Position numbers and translations under genes: made by a program. This document shows positions 39,335 through 49,293 of a stretch of DNA of 64,000 bases, one piece after another. The DNA is from a virus, in IMG/VR virus record IMGVR_UViG_3300018412_000010, one strand, 5' to 3'. Position 1 is the stretch's first letter. Each line of letters begins with the position of its first letter. The notes beneath the pieces are model-generated. The model saw only the letters and a program-made list of their open reading frames with translations, made no database searches and had not been told where the DNA came from.

Positions 39335-39624
39335 AAAAGCACCACCTCAAAATTATTGCCAACCAATTCCATCGCGCGATGCATAACCAGATACATATAG
39401 GAATCAGTCCTAACAGCATAAACATCATTATTATGTTGATTTGGTTTATACGGTGCGATACACACAACTTTACCAATTGTTCCATCTTCATATAATGCAC
39501 CACTTTCGAACAGTGGTAAATATTCTGGACAATTCGTAATAACCCATTCTTCATAGCAGTAATAGCAACATGCGTATGCTTTGCTTATTTTAACCTTTGA
39601 ACCAACTTTAATATCATCACTCAT
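39331..39624 (-). CDS. SH3/KOW-like family A1, tag FEVVLL
   Basis: KVGSKVKI; GAGG RBS. Confidence 0.7.
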   Translation of the reverse strand: MSDDIKVGSKVKISKAYACCYYCYEEWVITNCPEYLPLFESGALYEDGTIGKVVCIAPYKPNQHNNDVYAVRTDSYMYLVMHRAMELVGNNFEVVLL

Positions 39625-39671
39625 ATCAACCCTCCTCACTTACATAAGTCTTTCATATGCCATCCCTTCTG

Positions 39672-39953
39672 TTAAATAAGGGAAACGGCATAGTTATTGA
39701 ATAAATCTTCATAGTAACATTCTTCAAATCCATCAAGCATCCAATTACCAGTTAGACAGGATTCACTTGGACTAAAATCAGAATAGAAGAAAGATATATG
39801 TCGCTTTGCCATAAAACTACTAATAGTTCTACCCTTACCAAGTTTACCTTGTTGATTTAAAAAGTTAATAAATCTTTCTTTATTATTATCTTCTTTAAAC
39901 AACATGTTTATATAGTTATTTTGAATATGTTCTAAAATTTCAAAATCATTCAT
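39672..39953 (-). CDS. Family D small protein, tag YAVSLI
   Basis: Paralog of 42006 and 57405. Confidence 0.7.
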   Translation of the reverse strand: MNDFEILEHIQNNYINMLFKEDNNKERFINFLNQQGKLGKGRTISSFMAKRHISFFYSDFSPSESCLTGNWMLDGFEECYYEDLFNNYAVSLI

Positions 39954-39965
39954 AATACCCTCCGT

Positions 39966-40316
39966 TTATAAAAGGTCTACTTCATATTTACCGCCAATAA
40001 CAACTTCACCAGTTACTTTATTATATTGCACCGGCGACATAACTTCGTATTCACAATATAATTCCATTCGCTTAAGTAAATTATCCATATCATTTGAACT
40101 TGCAAAAACGACACTTGTATTACATGATTTTGTCAATAAACAATATCTGTCATTGAAAAACACTATTGGATAATATCCACCAACCGGAATATGTTGTTCA
40201 ACAATCATTTTCGAATTGGCACTTTGATCTTCTATTATCTCTTTTGTATTAAATAAGTGTGTAAATTCAAAACTGCCCGCACTTTTAATATCCATAACAA
40301 GATTCATAATAACCAC
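39966..40316 (-). CDS. Family B small protein, tag YEVDLL
   Basis: YYPI motif. Confidence 0.7.
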   Translation of the reverse strand: MVIMNLVMDIKSAGSFEFTHLFNTKEIIEDQSANSKMIVEQHIPVGGYYPIVFFNDRYCLLTKSCNTSVVFASSNDMDNLLKRMELYCEYEVMSPVQYNKVTGEVVIGGKYEVDLL

Positions 40317-40507
40317 CTTCCTTTATAACAGACTTTTTATATCGGAAATTATTTCTTCTATCCGGTTTAATTCTTGCTTATCGTAAGATGATTGCGCCTT
40401 AAGTTTAATGGCTTTTAGCTTGTATTTGCTTAAAAGTTTTTCTAAGTTTGAACGCATATTTACATACATATATACACGTGTATCTACCATAACAATATCT
40501 CCTTAAA

Positions 40508-40714
40508 CTATAGTTTTATTATCGCATCATAGTTAATTTCTTCAACGCTTCCGAAATACCAATCTTGCGATTTATTGGAAAATGTTTTATTTTCTTTAAA
40601 CCAGTGTTTTGCTTGTTCTTCTGTTAATGCAAATGCAAGATACCGTTCAATTTTTGTATCATTGCTTTTATCTTTATCAATATATCTGTGAATGTTAATA
40701 ATCCATGCTTTCAT
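40508..40714 (-). CDS. Hypothetical protein
   Basis: 68 aa with RBS. Confidence 0.55.
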   Translation of the reverse strand: MKAWIINIHRYIDKDKSNDTKIERYLAFALTEEQAKHWFKENKTFSNKSQDWYFGSVEEINYDAIIKL

Positions 40715-40716
40715 AA

Positions 40717-40905
40717 TTACAATCCTTCCTTTGCTTCAATATAATATCCGCTATCATTTGTATGTAACAGAACACCGTTGTCAGTAATAACATATCCAAC
40801 GACACTGTTAGGATTGATATATACATGCGACGCAATAATTAAACCGATAACAATACCAATTATAAAAAATACAAGCACCTTAACAGTTTCTTTTAATAAT
40901 TCCAT
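40717..40905 (-). CDS. Small membrane protein
   Basis: N-terminal TM helix, GGGAGG RBS. Confidence 0.6.
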   Translation of the reverse strand: MELLKETVKVLVFFIIGIVIGLIIASHVYINPNSVVGYVITDNGVLLHTNDSGYYIEAKEGL

Positions 40906-40945
40906 AACAATTACCTCCCCAATAATTCTTTTTTAACCTACATAT

Positions 40946-41003
40946 ATTATATCATATTTTACATATAATGTCAAATCAAAAAAGACCGCATATTGCGGTC
41001 TTT
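40946..41003 (-). promoter_or_regulatory. Terminator + sigma-A promoter cassette
   Basis: AAAGACCGCAATATGCGGTCTTTTTT then TTGACA-17-TATAAT. Confidence 0.8.
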
Positions 41004-41012
41004 AAATAATAT

Positions 41013-41297
41013 TTATTTATACATTTTGTATTTAATGTAGTCACACATATCTTCAAAAGTGTTTCTAAAAAACCTATTCCACACCTTTGTTAATACACAC
41101 CAAACACCTACGCATATTAGCATTATGCATGTTCCAGGCAAAAACGCCAATAGTATTATTGCTTTAAGCAAAATACCGAATCTGGTAATTTTTTTACTTT
41201 TTGGGTATCTGTATACATAGCTAAATACAACACTAGTAGATACACCAATTCCAAACAATACATATAAGTATAACAGCACAGAAATTAATTCATTCAT
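41013..41297 (-). CDS. Two-TM membrane protein
   Basis: Two hydrophobic segments. Confidence 0.6.
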   Translation of the reverse strand: MNELISVLLYLYVLFGIGVSTSVVFSYVYRYPKSKKITRFGILLKAIILLAFLPGTCIMLICVGVWCVLTKVWNRFFRNTFEDMCDYIKYKMYK

Positions 41298-41326
41298 TTT
41301 AATTACCTCCCAGTAAATTTAATATA

Positions 41327-41587
41327 TTATAACTTTTTCCAATGAAATGTGCTACCTTCAAAATGTCCAGTTCTAAACGAAATTGATTTTGTAATTTCTA
41401 TTTCCACTTCAAAAAATGATATAAAATCTTTACCACAATCTTTGCACACATGGTCAAAGCAGATTGCGCTTGGCGCATTAACATTTAAAGTATTCATACT
41501 TTGATTTATAGTATATGTGCTTTTGCCGCCACATTTGGGGCACCTTATATCTTCAACATTTAATTTTTCTAAATTCATTTCAAACAC
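41327..41587 (-). CDS. Zn-ribbon protein
   Basis: CPKC...CKDC. Confidence 0.6.
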   Translation of the reverse strand: MFEMNLEKLNVEDIRCPKCGGKSTYTINQSMNTLNVNAPSAICFDHVCKDCGKDFISFFEVEIEITKSISFRTGHFEGSTFHWKKL

Positions 41588-41898
41588 CCCAATGTATATG
41601 ACTTATGACATGTTTTAAAATAATTTTTAAAATCTTCTATAATTACATCATACAAACGATTGACTTCTTTAGTGCCGGCGCATAATCCTTCTTCTTTGAA
41701 GAAAGAAACATATGTCGAATCTTCGTTGTTTGAAATAACAATCTTGATTGAACTGTATGGCACGTATTTCGTTGGAATGATAACAATTGAATTGTCAACA
41801 GTGTCATTTTTAAAAGAACCGAAAATGCTTCCTATAACATCTTCTGTGAACACGACCATGTCATTTACTGGCATATTACTTACATAAATATTTTCCAT
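41575..41898 (-). CDS. Hypothetical protein
   Basis: TTGGGAGG RBS. Confidence 0.6.
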   Translation of the reverse strand: MENIYVSNMPVNDMVVFTEDVIGSIFGSFKNDTVDNSIVIIPTKYVPYSSIKIVISNNEDSTYVSFFKEEGLCAGTKEVNRLYDVIIEDFKNYFKTCHKSYTLGCLK

Positions 41899-41948
41899 TT
41901 TTAATTACCTCCCAAGTAACTATGTATTTATCTTTAACTTATAATATA

Positions 41949-42007
41949 ATTATACCAAAAATGCATATAAATGTCAAGTATGTAAAAAAGACCACAAAAG
42001 TGGCCTT
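41949..42007 (-). promoter_or_regulatory. Terminator + sigma-A promoter cassette
   Basis: GGCCACTTTTGTGGTCTTTTT then TTGACA-17-TATAAT. Confidence 0.8.
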
Positions 42008-42290
42008 ATATCAAATCTACTTTATAACTGGAAAATAAATCTTCATAATAATATTCGTTCTTCTTCCTACTTTGTCGTGTGCCATACATAACAGTGCTTG
42101 ACATCTCCAAATCTTCTTCATAAAAGAATGTTAAGTGCCTTCTTCCAAGCAATTCGTTATATGAACCGCTACTCCAAAATACATGTTTATTTTTAAGATA
42201 TTCAAGGAATGAAATTTGATTGGCGCCACGTTTAAATAACAGATTCATTGGCTCGGTTTTCATTTTCTGTAATATTTCATCGTTTGACAT
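42006..42290 (-). CDS. Family D small protein, tag YKVDLI
   Basis: M.NDEIL...NLLF...RHLTFFY. Confidence 0.7.
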   Translation of the reverse strand: MSNDEILQKMKTEPMNLLFKRGANQISFLEYLKNKHVFWSSGSYNELLGRRHLTFFYEEDLEMSSTVMYGTRQSRKKNEYYYEDLFSSYKVDLI

Positions 42291-42304
42291 AACACGCCCC
42301 CTTT

Positions 42305-42550
42305 CTATATTAAATCAACAGCGTATTGATTTACAACAAGTTCTAAACAATCTACCATAACCCACCAGCATTTTCCTGGGTCGCCACATCCAATTCCACA
42401 AACACCATTGCCATCATGATATCCAACCGGTGCATCATCAAATTCAACCAGTATTTCAGTTAGTGAAGAATTTTTTATATGTTTTATGGTTCCTGTTTTT
42501 CCTCTATAAACAACCCTATCCCCGACTTCATATGGTTTATTATCATCCAT
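42305..42550 (-). CDS. SH3-like family A2, tag YAVDLI
   Basis: VGDRV, VEFD...HDG...GKCWW. Confidence 0.7.
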   Translation of the reverse strand: MDDNKPYEVGDRVVYRGKTGTIKHIKNSSLTEILVEFDDAPVGYHDGNGVCGIGCGDPGKCWWVMVDCLELVVNQYAVDLI

Positions 42551-42561
42551 AATAATCCTCC

Positions 42562-42810
42562 TTATAACAAATTTACTTCATATTTATTTTCAAGTTCAAT
42601 TTCATTATCTGCACACCAAATATCTTTATCTGATGCATGGTCAAATGTAACACATATTGGATAATCAGCGCAATTTGGAAATATATTGTTTACAATACCA
42701 ACATCACCAACATGAACACCATATTCTGCCAATGGTGTTTCGATGCAGTCAGTGTCGTCTACAACACGAACCCTGTCGCCAATTTTATATTTAAGTTTAT
42801 TGTCAGCCAT
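42562..42810 (-). CDS. SH3-like family A3, tag YEVNLL
   Basis: IGDRVRV, PL.EYGV..GD.G. Confidence 0.7.
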   Translation of the reverse strand: MADNKLKYKIGDRVRVVDDTDCIETPLAEYGVHVGDVGIVNNIFPNCADYPICVTFDHASDKDIWCADNEIELENKYEVNLL

Positions 42811-42819
42811 AATAACCCC

Positions 42820-43146
42820 CTAAACTAAATCAACCGCATAGTTATCTTTAATAACCACATAACCATCTTCTTCATCGTATTCAAGTATATCAATTACTTC
42901 AAACGTAGTATGATTATGCAATACACGTGTAACTTCGGATATATGAGTATTCCCAGTAACATGATCCACCACGTCAAATCTTTTATCAAGACATCTATAT
43001 CTAAGACCATCATATATGATTGGATAATATTTATCCACTTCAAGATACGATTTAATTACCGCAGTCTTTAAACTGGTTATTTTAACAAGACAATAAATTG
43101 TAAAACGTTCGTTCCTTGCATTATTTATGTTCATATTAATTTTCAT
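42820..43146 (-). CDS. Family B small protein, tag YAVDLV
   Basis: LVK...YYPIIY. Confidence 0.7.
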   Translation of the reverse strand: MKINMNINNARNERFTIYCLVKITSLKTAVIKSYLEVDKYYPIIYDGLRYRCLDKRFDVVDHVTGNTHISEVTRVLHNHTTFEVIDILEYDEEDGYVVIKDNYAVDLV

Positions 43147-43159
43147 TGTATTTTACTCC

Positions 43160-43387
43160 CTATAACAAATCTACTTTAAACTCATTTATAAGTTCAAGTT
43201 CACATTCGGCAAATGTTAGCCTTCTATCTTTAATATCAAGTTTAACTAAAAATGGGTATCTATCATTTCTTTCTAATCCAATAACAGTTCCTTCGTCGCC
43301 AACTTTAACCCCAAGTTGTTCCATTGATATAAATGGGCTTGAATTGCCAATTAGACGAACGCGACTGCCTATTTTTAATTCAGACAT
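43160..43387 (-). CDS. SH3-like family A3, tag FKVDLL
   Basis: Tandem paralog of 43405 (LTFAECE). Confidence 0.7.
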   Translation of the reverse strand: MSELKIGSRVRLIGNSSPFISMEQLGVKVGDEGTVIGLERNDRYPFLVKLDIKDRRLTFAECELELINEFKVDLL

Positions 43388-43404
43388 TTTTCACACACCT
43401 CGCC

Positions 43405-43632
43405 TTATAATAATTCTACATTAAACTTATTAACAGATTCTATTTCACATTCAGCAAATGTTAAAATTCCTTCGCGTTTATCAAGCTTTGCCACAATTGA
43501 ATATTTTGTATTACTTCTAAATCCAATTACCGTTCCTACATATCCCTTTTCAATTTTAAGTTGTTCCATTGTTAGAAATGGATTGATATTATCTATAACG
43601 CGAACACGGTCACCAATATTATATTTTGTCAT
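43405..43632 (-). CDS. SH3-like family A3, tag FNVELL
   Basis: IGDRVRV, LTFAECE. Confidence 0.7.
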   Translation of the reverse strand: MTKYNIGDRVRVIDNINPFLTMEQLKIEKGYVGTVIGFRSNTKYSIVAKLDKREGILTFAECEIESVNKFNVELL

Positions 43633-43642
43633 TTCACACCAC

Positions 43643-44011
43643 CTAAATTAAATCTATTTGATACGAATTTGCAACAAATTCATACCGTGTAACACCATCG
43701 TTAAGTTCACCAATAAATGATAGTTTTAAATTGTCGGATAGTGTTTTATACACGCGAAGGTGTAAATACCCATCTTTGAAATTCATATCAAATTCTGCAC
43801 GAACATAATCTTCACCTAAGAGCCAATCCTTAATCCAACAATCTCTGTTTCCATTTTCAATTCTTTCACAAGCCATAATTTGTTTGTATAGTTTTAAGTA
43901 TGATTTAAAATCTGGAATAAGTATATAAGCCACATGATATGCATTAAATTGGTCAACTTTCTGTAAATCATCTATTCTAATCATAACATCCTCTTTTCTA
44001 AAATAAATCAC
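43643..44011 (-). CDS. Family C small protein, tag YQIDLI
   Basis: Y.QI.......N...W..D. Confidence 0.7.
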   Translation of the reverse strand: MIYFRKEDVMIRIDDLQKVDQFNAYHVAYILIPDFKSYLKLYKQIMACERIENGNRDCWIKDWLLGEDYVRAEFDMNFKDGYLHLRVYKTLSDNLKLSFIGELNDGVTRYEFVANSYQIDLI

Positions 44012-44063
44012 ATCACCTACCTATTTTGGTAAAAGATATAGTCTTTGATAATTTATACCACAT

Positions 44064-44351
44064 TCATTTTTTCGTCGCTGTATGGGGCGATTTGACCCCT
44101 TCTCGCACGCCCTGTGCACGACACGATAGATTATATTTCGCAAATTCAATCAGCAATCCAATTATTTCTGAAAATAATACAGCCACCACTAATATCGGGA
44201 AAACATTTGGATTTTTATTTAAACCCAACGATTGCAATATAAGAATTAGGCTTAAAAAGAATATCGTTGAGATGTTAGCCAGTATTTTGCTTAAAATCGA
44301 AATCCACTGGTAAAACATTCCGAATATAAACCCCATCGTTAATATTTCCAT
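44064..44351 (-). CDS. Membrane protein
   Basis: Hydrophobic helices, AAGGAG RBS. Confidence 0.55.
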   Translation of the reverse strand: MEILTMGFIFGMFYQWISILSKILANISTIFFLSLILILQSLGLNKNPNVFPILVVAVLFSEIIGLLIEFAKYNLSCRAQGVREGVKSPHTATKK

Positions 44352-44595
44352 AACAGTCTCCTTTTGTATGTTATAATAAAAGAAATATTTTATCTGTAAA
44401 ATTCATTTTCTACACCCATAGAAACATATGGATGAAAGTTTTTGATTTTTAAGATTTATGCCTGAATATGACAAAAAGATTTTATCTATATTTTTTTTAG
44501 TTTTTCTTCAAGTTTAGCTTTATAGTATCCCGCTTTGTAGGCATTATACACTAATCCATATACGCACAATAATTCTGCGATAGTAACGCCTATTA

Positions 44596-44982
44596 TTATA
44601 ATTCCATCCATTCTATTACCTGCTTTCCGTTGTCACAATACTGAGATAAATCTATTCCGATTTCATTTAACACGTCGCACTTAATCCATACGTTGGTAAG
44701 TTGACGTTCTTCGATTTTGTAAGGTTTATCATAATACTCAATCATATAGTAAACGTCAGCTTCTTTTTTGATTATTAAATAGGTGCATGATTCGTATTCA
44801 TCGCCTTCAATAAATTCAAAATCATACAACCCACCAACTTCTAAATCTTGAAGGATTGTTCTTTTAATAACACCAATTTTTGTCTTTAAATCATAGTAAT
44901 AGCCAATATTTTCATATCCACAAAACTTATCGCCGTTTGTGTGTTCTTCAATCCGTAATTTTACATCATTCATTTTATTCAT
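44596..44982 (-). CDS. Hypothetical protein
   Basis: 128 aa with RBS. Confidence 0.6.
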   Translation of the reverse strand: MNKMNDVKLRIEEHTNGDKFCGYENIGYYYDLKTKIGVIKRTILQDLEVGGLYDFEFIEGDEYESCTYLIIKKEADVYYMIEYYDKPYKIEERQLTNVWIKCDVLNEIGIDLSQYCDNGKQVIEWMEL

Positions 44983-44991
44983 CTTCCTTTG

Positions 44992-45273
44992 CTATAACAG
45001 TTCAACATTATATTTACTTTTAGAAAAATCAGACCATTTAAGAATAGTATAACTACTTCTACATAACCCAGATACACTTCCGAAATATCCTTCATTAAAA
45101 TAGTAAACGGTTCCAGAACGATATACATCAAAATTATTAGTTTTACTGTATGGCAAACCACCGACCCAACATCTACCATCGTCATGCATTAATTTGCAAA
45201 ATTCAATACATTCTTCTTCTGTCTGACAATGCATTACATAGTTGCCAGTATAGTCTTTAAAATTAAATTTCAT
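44992..45273 (-). CDS. Family E small protein, tag YNVELL
   Basis: VMHCQTEEE..EFC..M...G..W. Confidence 0.7.
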   Translation of the reverse strand: MKFNFKDYTGNYVMHCQTEEECIEFCKLMHDDGRCWVGGLPYSKTNNFDVYRSGTVYYFNEGYFGSVSGLCRSSYTILKWSDFSKSKYNVELL

Positions 45274-45288
45274 ATCAAGACCTCCCTA

Positions 45289-45549
45289 TTAAATTAAATC
45301 CACCTCATATTGATTTACTTTCTGGATTTCAGCAACACAACAAGCAACACAACTACCATTACCAAAGTTAATGGTTATTGGAAACGCTTCTGTTTCTGCC
45401 AACATTCCGACTATAACACCTTCATCGCCAATATCAACGCCATATTCAACTAACGGTGCACCAGAAGAATAATCCGTCCTTATTATTTTAACCCTGTCGC
45501 CAACCTTATAATCATCAAAATTATTTGGTGGTAATAAATCACTTTTCAT
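45289..45549 (-). CDS. SH3-like family A3, tag YEVDLI
   Basis: VGDRVKI, PLVEYGV.IGDEG. Confidence 0.7.
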   Translation of the reverse strand: MKSDLLPPNNFDDYKVGDRVKIIRTDYSSGAPLVEYGVDIGDEGVIVGMLAETEAFPITINFGNGSCVACCVAEIQKVNQYEVDLI

Positions 45550-45848
45550 ATCAAATCCACCTTATACTTATTTCCGTTCAAATATATATTATGAAGTTTA
45601 GTTTCTATGCAATCTACCTTCCAGACTCTTGGAATACGTTTACTGTCATATTCCACATTTATAATGAATCCGCCATTTTTATCTCCTTTATACCATAAAT
45701 CAATATCACGAATGATTCCAGTAGTGGGAAATTTGATACCATGTCGAACGGAATATATACCAACGGTATCGCCAATCATTATTTTTTCGCCGTCACATTC
45801 GACAGATATTATTTTGTCGCCATTATATTTTAAAACACATTCTTTCAC
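45546..45848 (-). CDS. Small SH3-like protein, tag YKVDLI
   Basis: I.SV..D...I.IGDTV. Confidence 0.7.
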   Translation of the reverse strand: MKECVLKYNGDKIISVECDGEKIMIGDTVGIYSVRHGIKFPTTGIIRDIDLWYKGDKNGGFIINVEYDSKRIPRVWKVDCIETKLHNIYLNGNKYKVDLI

Positions 45849-45863
45849 AATTACACCACCTTA

Positions 45864-46223
45864 TTATATTAAATCAACATTGTACGCGTTGATTGTAAAT
45901 TTATATATTATGGAATCCGAATATACCCTTGATATTAAGCTAAATTTTAAAAGCCCGGAAAATACATCCTTGTGAACTTTGACATACATAACCCCATCGC
46001 GCTTTTTAGATATAAATTCTTTCTGAATATACCATGAACCAATATCATAATCTTCACGCCAAGCGTTTCTATTTTTTTCTGCAACTAAATCAGAAGATAT
46101 GATTTGTTCATACAGTTCATAATATTCTTCGAACGTAGATATTGAAAAATATACCGTATTAAATTCACCTATGCGGGGAATACTGCAATCTGCAAGTTGT
46201 GATATATTTGTTATGATTTTCAT
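45864..46223 (-). CDS. Family C small protein, tag YNVDLI
   Basis: YEQIISS..V...N.NAW..DY. Confidence 0.7.
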   Translation of the reverse strand: MKIITNISQLADCSIPRIGEFNTVYFSISTFEEYYELYEQIISSDLVAEKNRNAWREDYDIGSWYIQKEFISKKRDGVMYVKVHKDVFSGLLKFSLISRVYSDSIIYKFTINAYNVDLI

Positions 46224-46232
46224 TTTAACCCC

Positions 46233-46586
46233 CTAAATTATATCAACAGTATATTCATTATTTTCAGAAAACTTATATATGAAATCATTTTCTTTAAAAT
46301 CATCTGCAAAAGCAAGTTGAAACATCAAACCATCGGAACATGAACCAATTCTAAGAAATATACAATTATCCTTCAAACTTACATAGTCGTTATATTCATA
46401 TTCGATTCCATCTATACCACGGCACAAATCATTAAACCAAGATTGTTTATTTATTGGTTCAACACAGTCTGAATTGGAAACTTGTTCGTAGAATTTCTTA
46501 TACAGGTCAAGCCCTCCAATTCGTAAAAAATATCTTCTTTCAAAATCTGTAATTTCAATTTTATCTATATTGGATATTGCTACCAT
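46233..46586 (-). CDS. Family C small protein, tag YTVDII
   Basis: FYEQV..S..V...NK.SW..D. Confidence 0.7.
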   Translation of the reverse strand: MVAISNIDKIEITDFERRYFLRIGGLDLYKKFYEQVSNSDCVEPINKQSWFNDLCRGIDGIEYEYNDYVSLKDNCIFLRIGSCSDGLMFQLAFADDFKENDFIYKFSENNEYTVDII

Positions 46587-46591
46587 AATTT

Positions 46592-46870
46592 TTATTTCCT
46601 TCCTACATGAAATATGATGTAAAATAGTTTATACATCATTATGCATAAATATACAATTAGCATAATGATGCAATAAATAGGATTAGCTATTATATATCCT
46701 ACGGAAACAAACATGCATCCAAAGATGTTCATTTTTGTATTTCTATATATTGAAATTGGCATAAAGTAAAACAGGTTTTCTTCATATAAATCAAAACCAA
46801 TTGTAAAAAAGAATGCTATTATTCCATACGCTATATATACGCCAATTGAAGAATTTATAATTATTTCCAT
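46592..46870 (-). CDS. Membrane protein
   Basis: Hydrophobic; P..IY.NTKMN.FG. Confidence 0.55.
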   Translation of the reverse strand: MEIIINSSIGVYIAYGIIAFFFTIGFDLYEENLFYFMPISIYRNTKMNIFGCMFVSVGYIIANPIYCIIMLIVYLCIMMYKLFYIIFHVGRK

Positions 46871-46926
46871 ACTTATACAACCCTTTCGTTTCATTTTAGA
46901 AAAGCACGAATTATACGTGCTTTTAA

Positions 46927-47139
46927 CTATTTCTTCCAAATATAGTAGCATCCATTTCCAGTGGCGGACATATATGAATGCCCAAGGTCTGCAATATGTT
47001 TTTCGAAATCCTTGCGTTCCTTTATTTCTTCCTGTGTCGCCAGATAAAGCGGAAATAGAACCTGTTTGCCATTTAGGAAATCTTTCATATTCTTTTCATT
47101 CCGTTGTTCTAATGTCATTTTCATTTCTTTACCTCTCAA
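46927..47139 (-). CDS. Hypothetical protein
   Basis: About 65 aa, GAGG RBS. Confidence 0.5.
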   Translation of the reverse strand: MRGKEMKMTLEQRNEKNMKDFLNGKQVLFPLYLATQEEIKERKDFEKHIADLGHSYMSATGNGCYYIWKK

Positions 47140-47153
47140 AATAAATCCTAAAT

Positions 47154-47390
47154 TTAAACAACCCCGCTGTCTAAATATCTAAACGTAAACGATTTCTTAA
47201 ACCACTTTTTAATACATGGTGTATTTCCTTCAAGGCAACTAACTACTTCAATTGCGCTAACTTTAAATTCTTTGCAGATATCAAAAACTGATTTGAAAAC
47301 TTCGCCAGTTTCAAGACAAATAATATCACGTTCTGGAAGATTTAAAGGTCTATATACCTTTATTCTGACGTCTTTCTTTTTTCTTCTCAT
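47154..47390 (-). CDS. NUMOD1-like small DNA-binding protein
   Basis: IICLETGEVFKSV......I.VVSCL.G. Confidence 0.55.
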   Translation of the reverse strand: MRRKKKDVRIKVYRPLNLPERDIICLETGEVFKSVFDICKEFKVSAIEVVSCLEGNTPCIKKWFKKSFTFRYLDSGVV

Positions 47391-47404
47391 TTCATTTACC
47401 TCCC

Positions 47405-47725
47405 TTAATAGATGTAGTCCATTAGCAGTTTAGCTTTGTATATTTCCGAAGCCAATCTTTTACACTGTATCATCTGTTTGTCTGATAATTTCTTTCCAGA
47501 CTGAATCTGTTTAACAAAACTACCTATATATGCATATCCGCTTATAAGACTGTAATCAATAGCAATTTTAAGCTTTTCAATATCCAATAATTTTAGCGTA
47601 TCTTCTATGTCATTAGAAGATTTAAAATACGTAGTCCATTTAACAGACCTTCCATAAATAGCTTCCCTTGATTGGTTGCTATTTACTTCAATAGCGATTC
47701 TCATATATCCATTATGTAATTTCAT
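47405..47725 (-). CDS. Hypothetical protein
   Basis: First gene after cassette promoter. Confidence 0.6.
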   Translation of the reverse strand: MKLHNGYMRIAIEVNSNQSREAIYGRSVKWTTYFKSSNDIEDTLKLLDIEKLKIAIDYSLISGYAYIGSFVKQIQSGKKLSDKQMIQCKRLASEIYKAKLLMDYIY

Positions 47726-47772
47726 CTTTTTACCTTCCAAAGTAAATATCTCTTTCTTTAACTTATATATAT

Positions 47773-47831
47773 ATTATATCACTTTTTAGATACTATGTCA
47801 AATTAAAAAAGACCACAAAAGTGGTCTTTTT
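47773..47831 (-). promoter_or_regulatory. Terminator + sigma-A promoter cassette
   Basis: AAGACCACTTTTGTGGTCTTTTT then TTGACA-17-TATAAT. Confidence 0.8.
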
Positions 47832-47832
47832 A

Positions 47833-48126
47833 TTATAATTTATTTACGTATGGCGTTAAGATATCAATTACATCACCCTCTATTATCAGTGATTCTGGGC
47901 AACCGTTTTTAAGCAAGGTATCTTTTATGTTTCTATTTACAAGAACCTGCGCCATGATTTTAGTTCCACGCCGAACATAGTCAGCGCCCATAGAACTTAT
48001 TGTAAATTTCTTTTCTGGTAAATAGAAAATTAAATCATTCTTACCAATTCCGGATTTCAATAAATCATCTTTATTTTTTATTGCAAATTTATCGCCGGCT
48101 ATAACATCCTTAAAATCATTCTTCAT
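47833..48126 (-). CDS. Hypothetical protein
   Basis: 97 aa with RBS. Confidence 0.55.
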   Translation of the reverse strand: MKNDFKDVIAGDKFAIKNKDDLLKSGIGKNDLIFYLPEKKFTISSMGADYVRRGTKIMAQVLVNRNIKDTLLKNGCPESLIIEGDVIDILTPYVNKL

Positions 48127-48146
48127 TTTTTAACACCCCTTTTTTA

Positions 48147-48488
48147 TCAAATTAAATCGACGCAATATTCACCCGCAATATGAAGTTGTGATTTTTCATG
48201 GTCATAACTAAAATTAGTTATAATATCAAATTCAACGTATCTTTTTATACTAGCATATACATTTTCAATTTCAGACCAACTGAAAACACCATTTTCGGCA
48301 TTAAGATTTCTATTTCCAGTATTTTCATGCAATGCATAATGACCTTTGCTATATTTATATATTATTGGATAGTATTTATCAACCTTCATATAGTTTCTTA
48401 TATCGCTATCCTTTATTTTTTTTACCTTTATAAGAGCTACAATATGGTGGATGCTTGGATCAAATCTTTCTATTTTCATTTCTGTCAT
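48147..48488 (-). CDS. Family B small protein, tag YCVDLI
   Basis: YYPIIY, VFSW; paralog of 63210. Confidence 0.7.
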   Translation of the reverse strand: MTEMKIERFDPSIHHIVALIKVKKIKDSDIRNYMKVDKYYPIIYKYSKGHYALHENTGNRNLNAENGVFSWSEIENVYASIKRYVEFDIITNFSYDHEKSQLHIAGEYCVDLI

Positions 48489-48505
48489 GTTAAGTTTACC
48501 TCCGG

Positions 48506-48952
48506 CTATACTTCAATTTCCTTAATTTCAAGGTCTGGATATTCTCTTGCGATTTCCATTAGTTCCTTAAAACTCCAATCTGTAACTTCGCCACGACTAT
48601 CATATTCACCATTGATGTAGATATATTTGTAATCATCATCATCGGATATGATAAGGATACAGTTTGGATTTGCTGAAACTATGTCTTCAAATTGCTGTTC
48701 TTCTTCCAATTCTGCCTTTTCAATAGCCGCTATTCCTTTAACATATGCATTATAATATTCCTTATCCCATTCGTCTTCATCCATTACGAATAATTCCTTA
48801 TCGAAATATGCAACCGCATTGAAATAGCCCTCTTTTTCATATTTAATTCCAACACGACCTGGTGCATTGAATACTGGATATACTTCATAAGTAACACCCG
48901 CCACTACATTAACAGATATGTTTTCACAACTTTCTATACAAACCGCTTTCAT
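48506..48952 (-). CDS. Acidic hypothetical protein
   Basis: 148 aa. Confidence 0.6.
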   Translation of the reverse strand: MKAVCIESCENISVNVVAGVTYEVYPVFNAPGRVGIKYEKEGYFNAVAYFDKELFVMDEDEWDKEYYNAYVKGIAAIEKAELEEEQQFEDIVSANPNCILIISDDDDYKYIYINGEYDSRGEVTDWSFKELMEIAREYPDLEIKEIEV

Positions 48953-49284
48953 TTTTTCACCCTCCCATTGATATAATTAACTTTAAATCCAAAACCATTA
49001 TTATCTGTAATAACCCACAAGTTATCAAGATTGAACCTTCCATTCATTTCAACATCTCCGGCATTTCTTGTTGAGCCAGTGCCAGTTACGAATGCATAAT
49101 ACTGACCCATATTGTCAATATACAATCTTTTTACTTTATACATAAGGTATTTTTCAATATCCTTGTTTGTTTCACAACCTTCAAGGTTGCCTTTGTACAT
49201 AACAGTATCACCAATTGATATAACAGAACAATCCCCTTTAACAGACAGGATTTCGCCATCTTTTGTTTTAACAATAGAAAACAT
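48949..49284 (-). CDS. Relative of 45546..45848 without a terminal tag
   Basis: I.SV..D...I.IGDTV; ends FKVNYI-NGRVKK. Confidence 0.6.
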   Translation of the reverse strand: MFSIVKTKDGEILSVKGDCSVISIGDTVMYKGNLEGCETNKDIEKYLMYKVKRLYIDNMGQYYAFVTGTGSTRNAGDVEMNGRFNLDNLWVITDNNGFGFKVNYINGRVKK

Positions 49285-49293
49285 AAAACCCCC

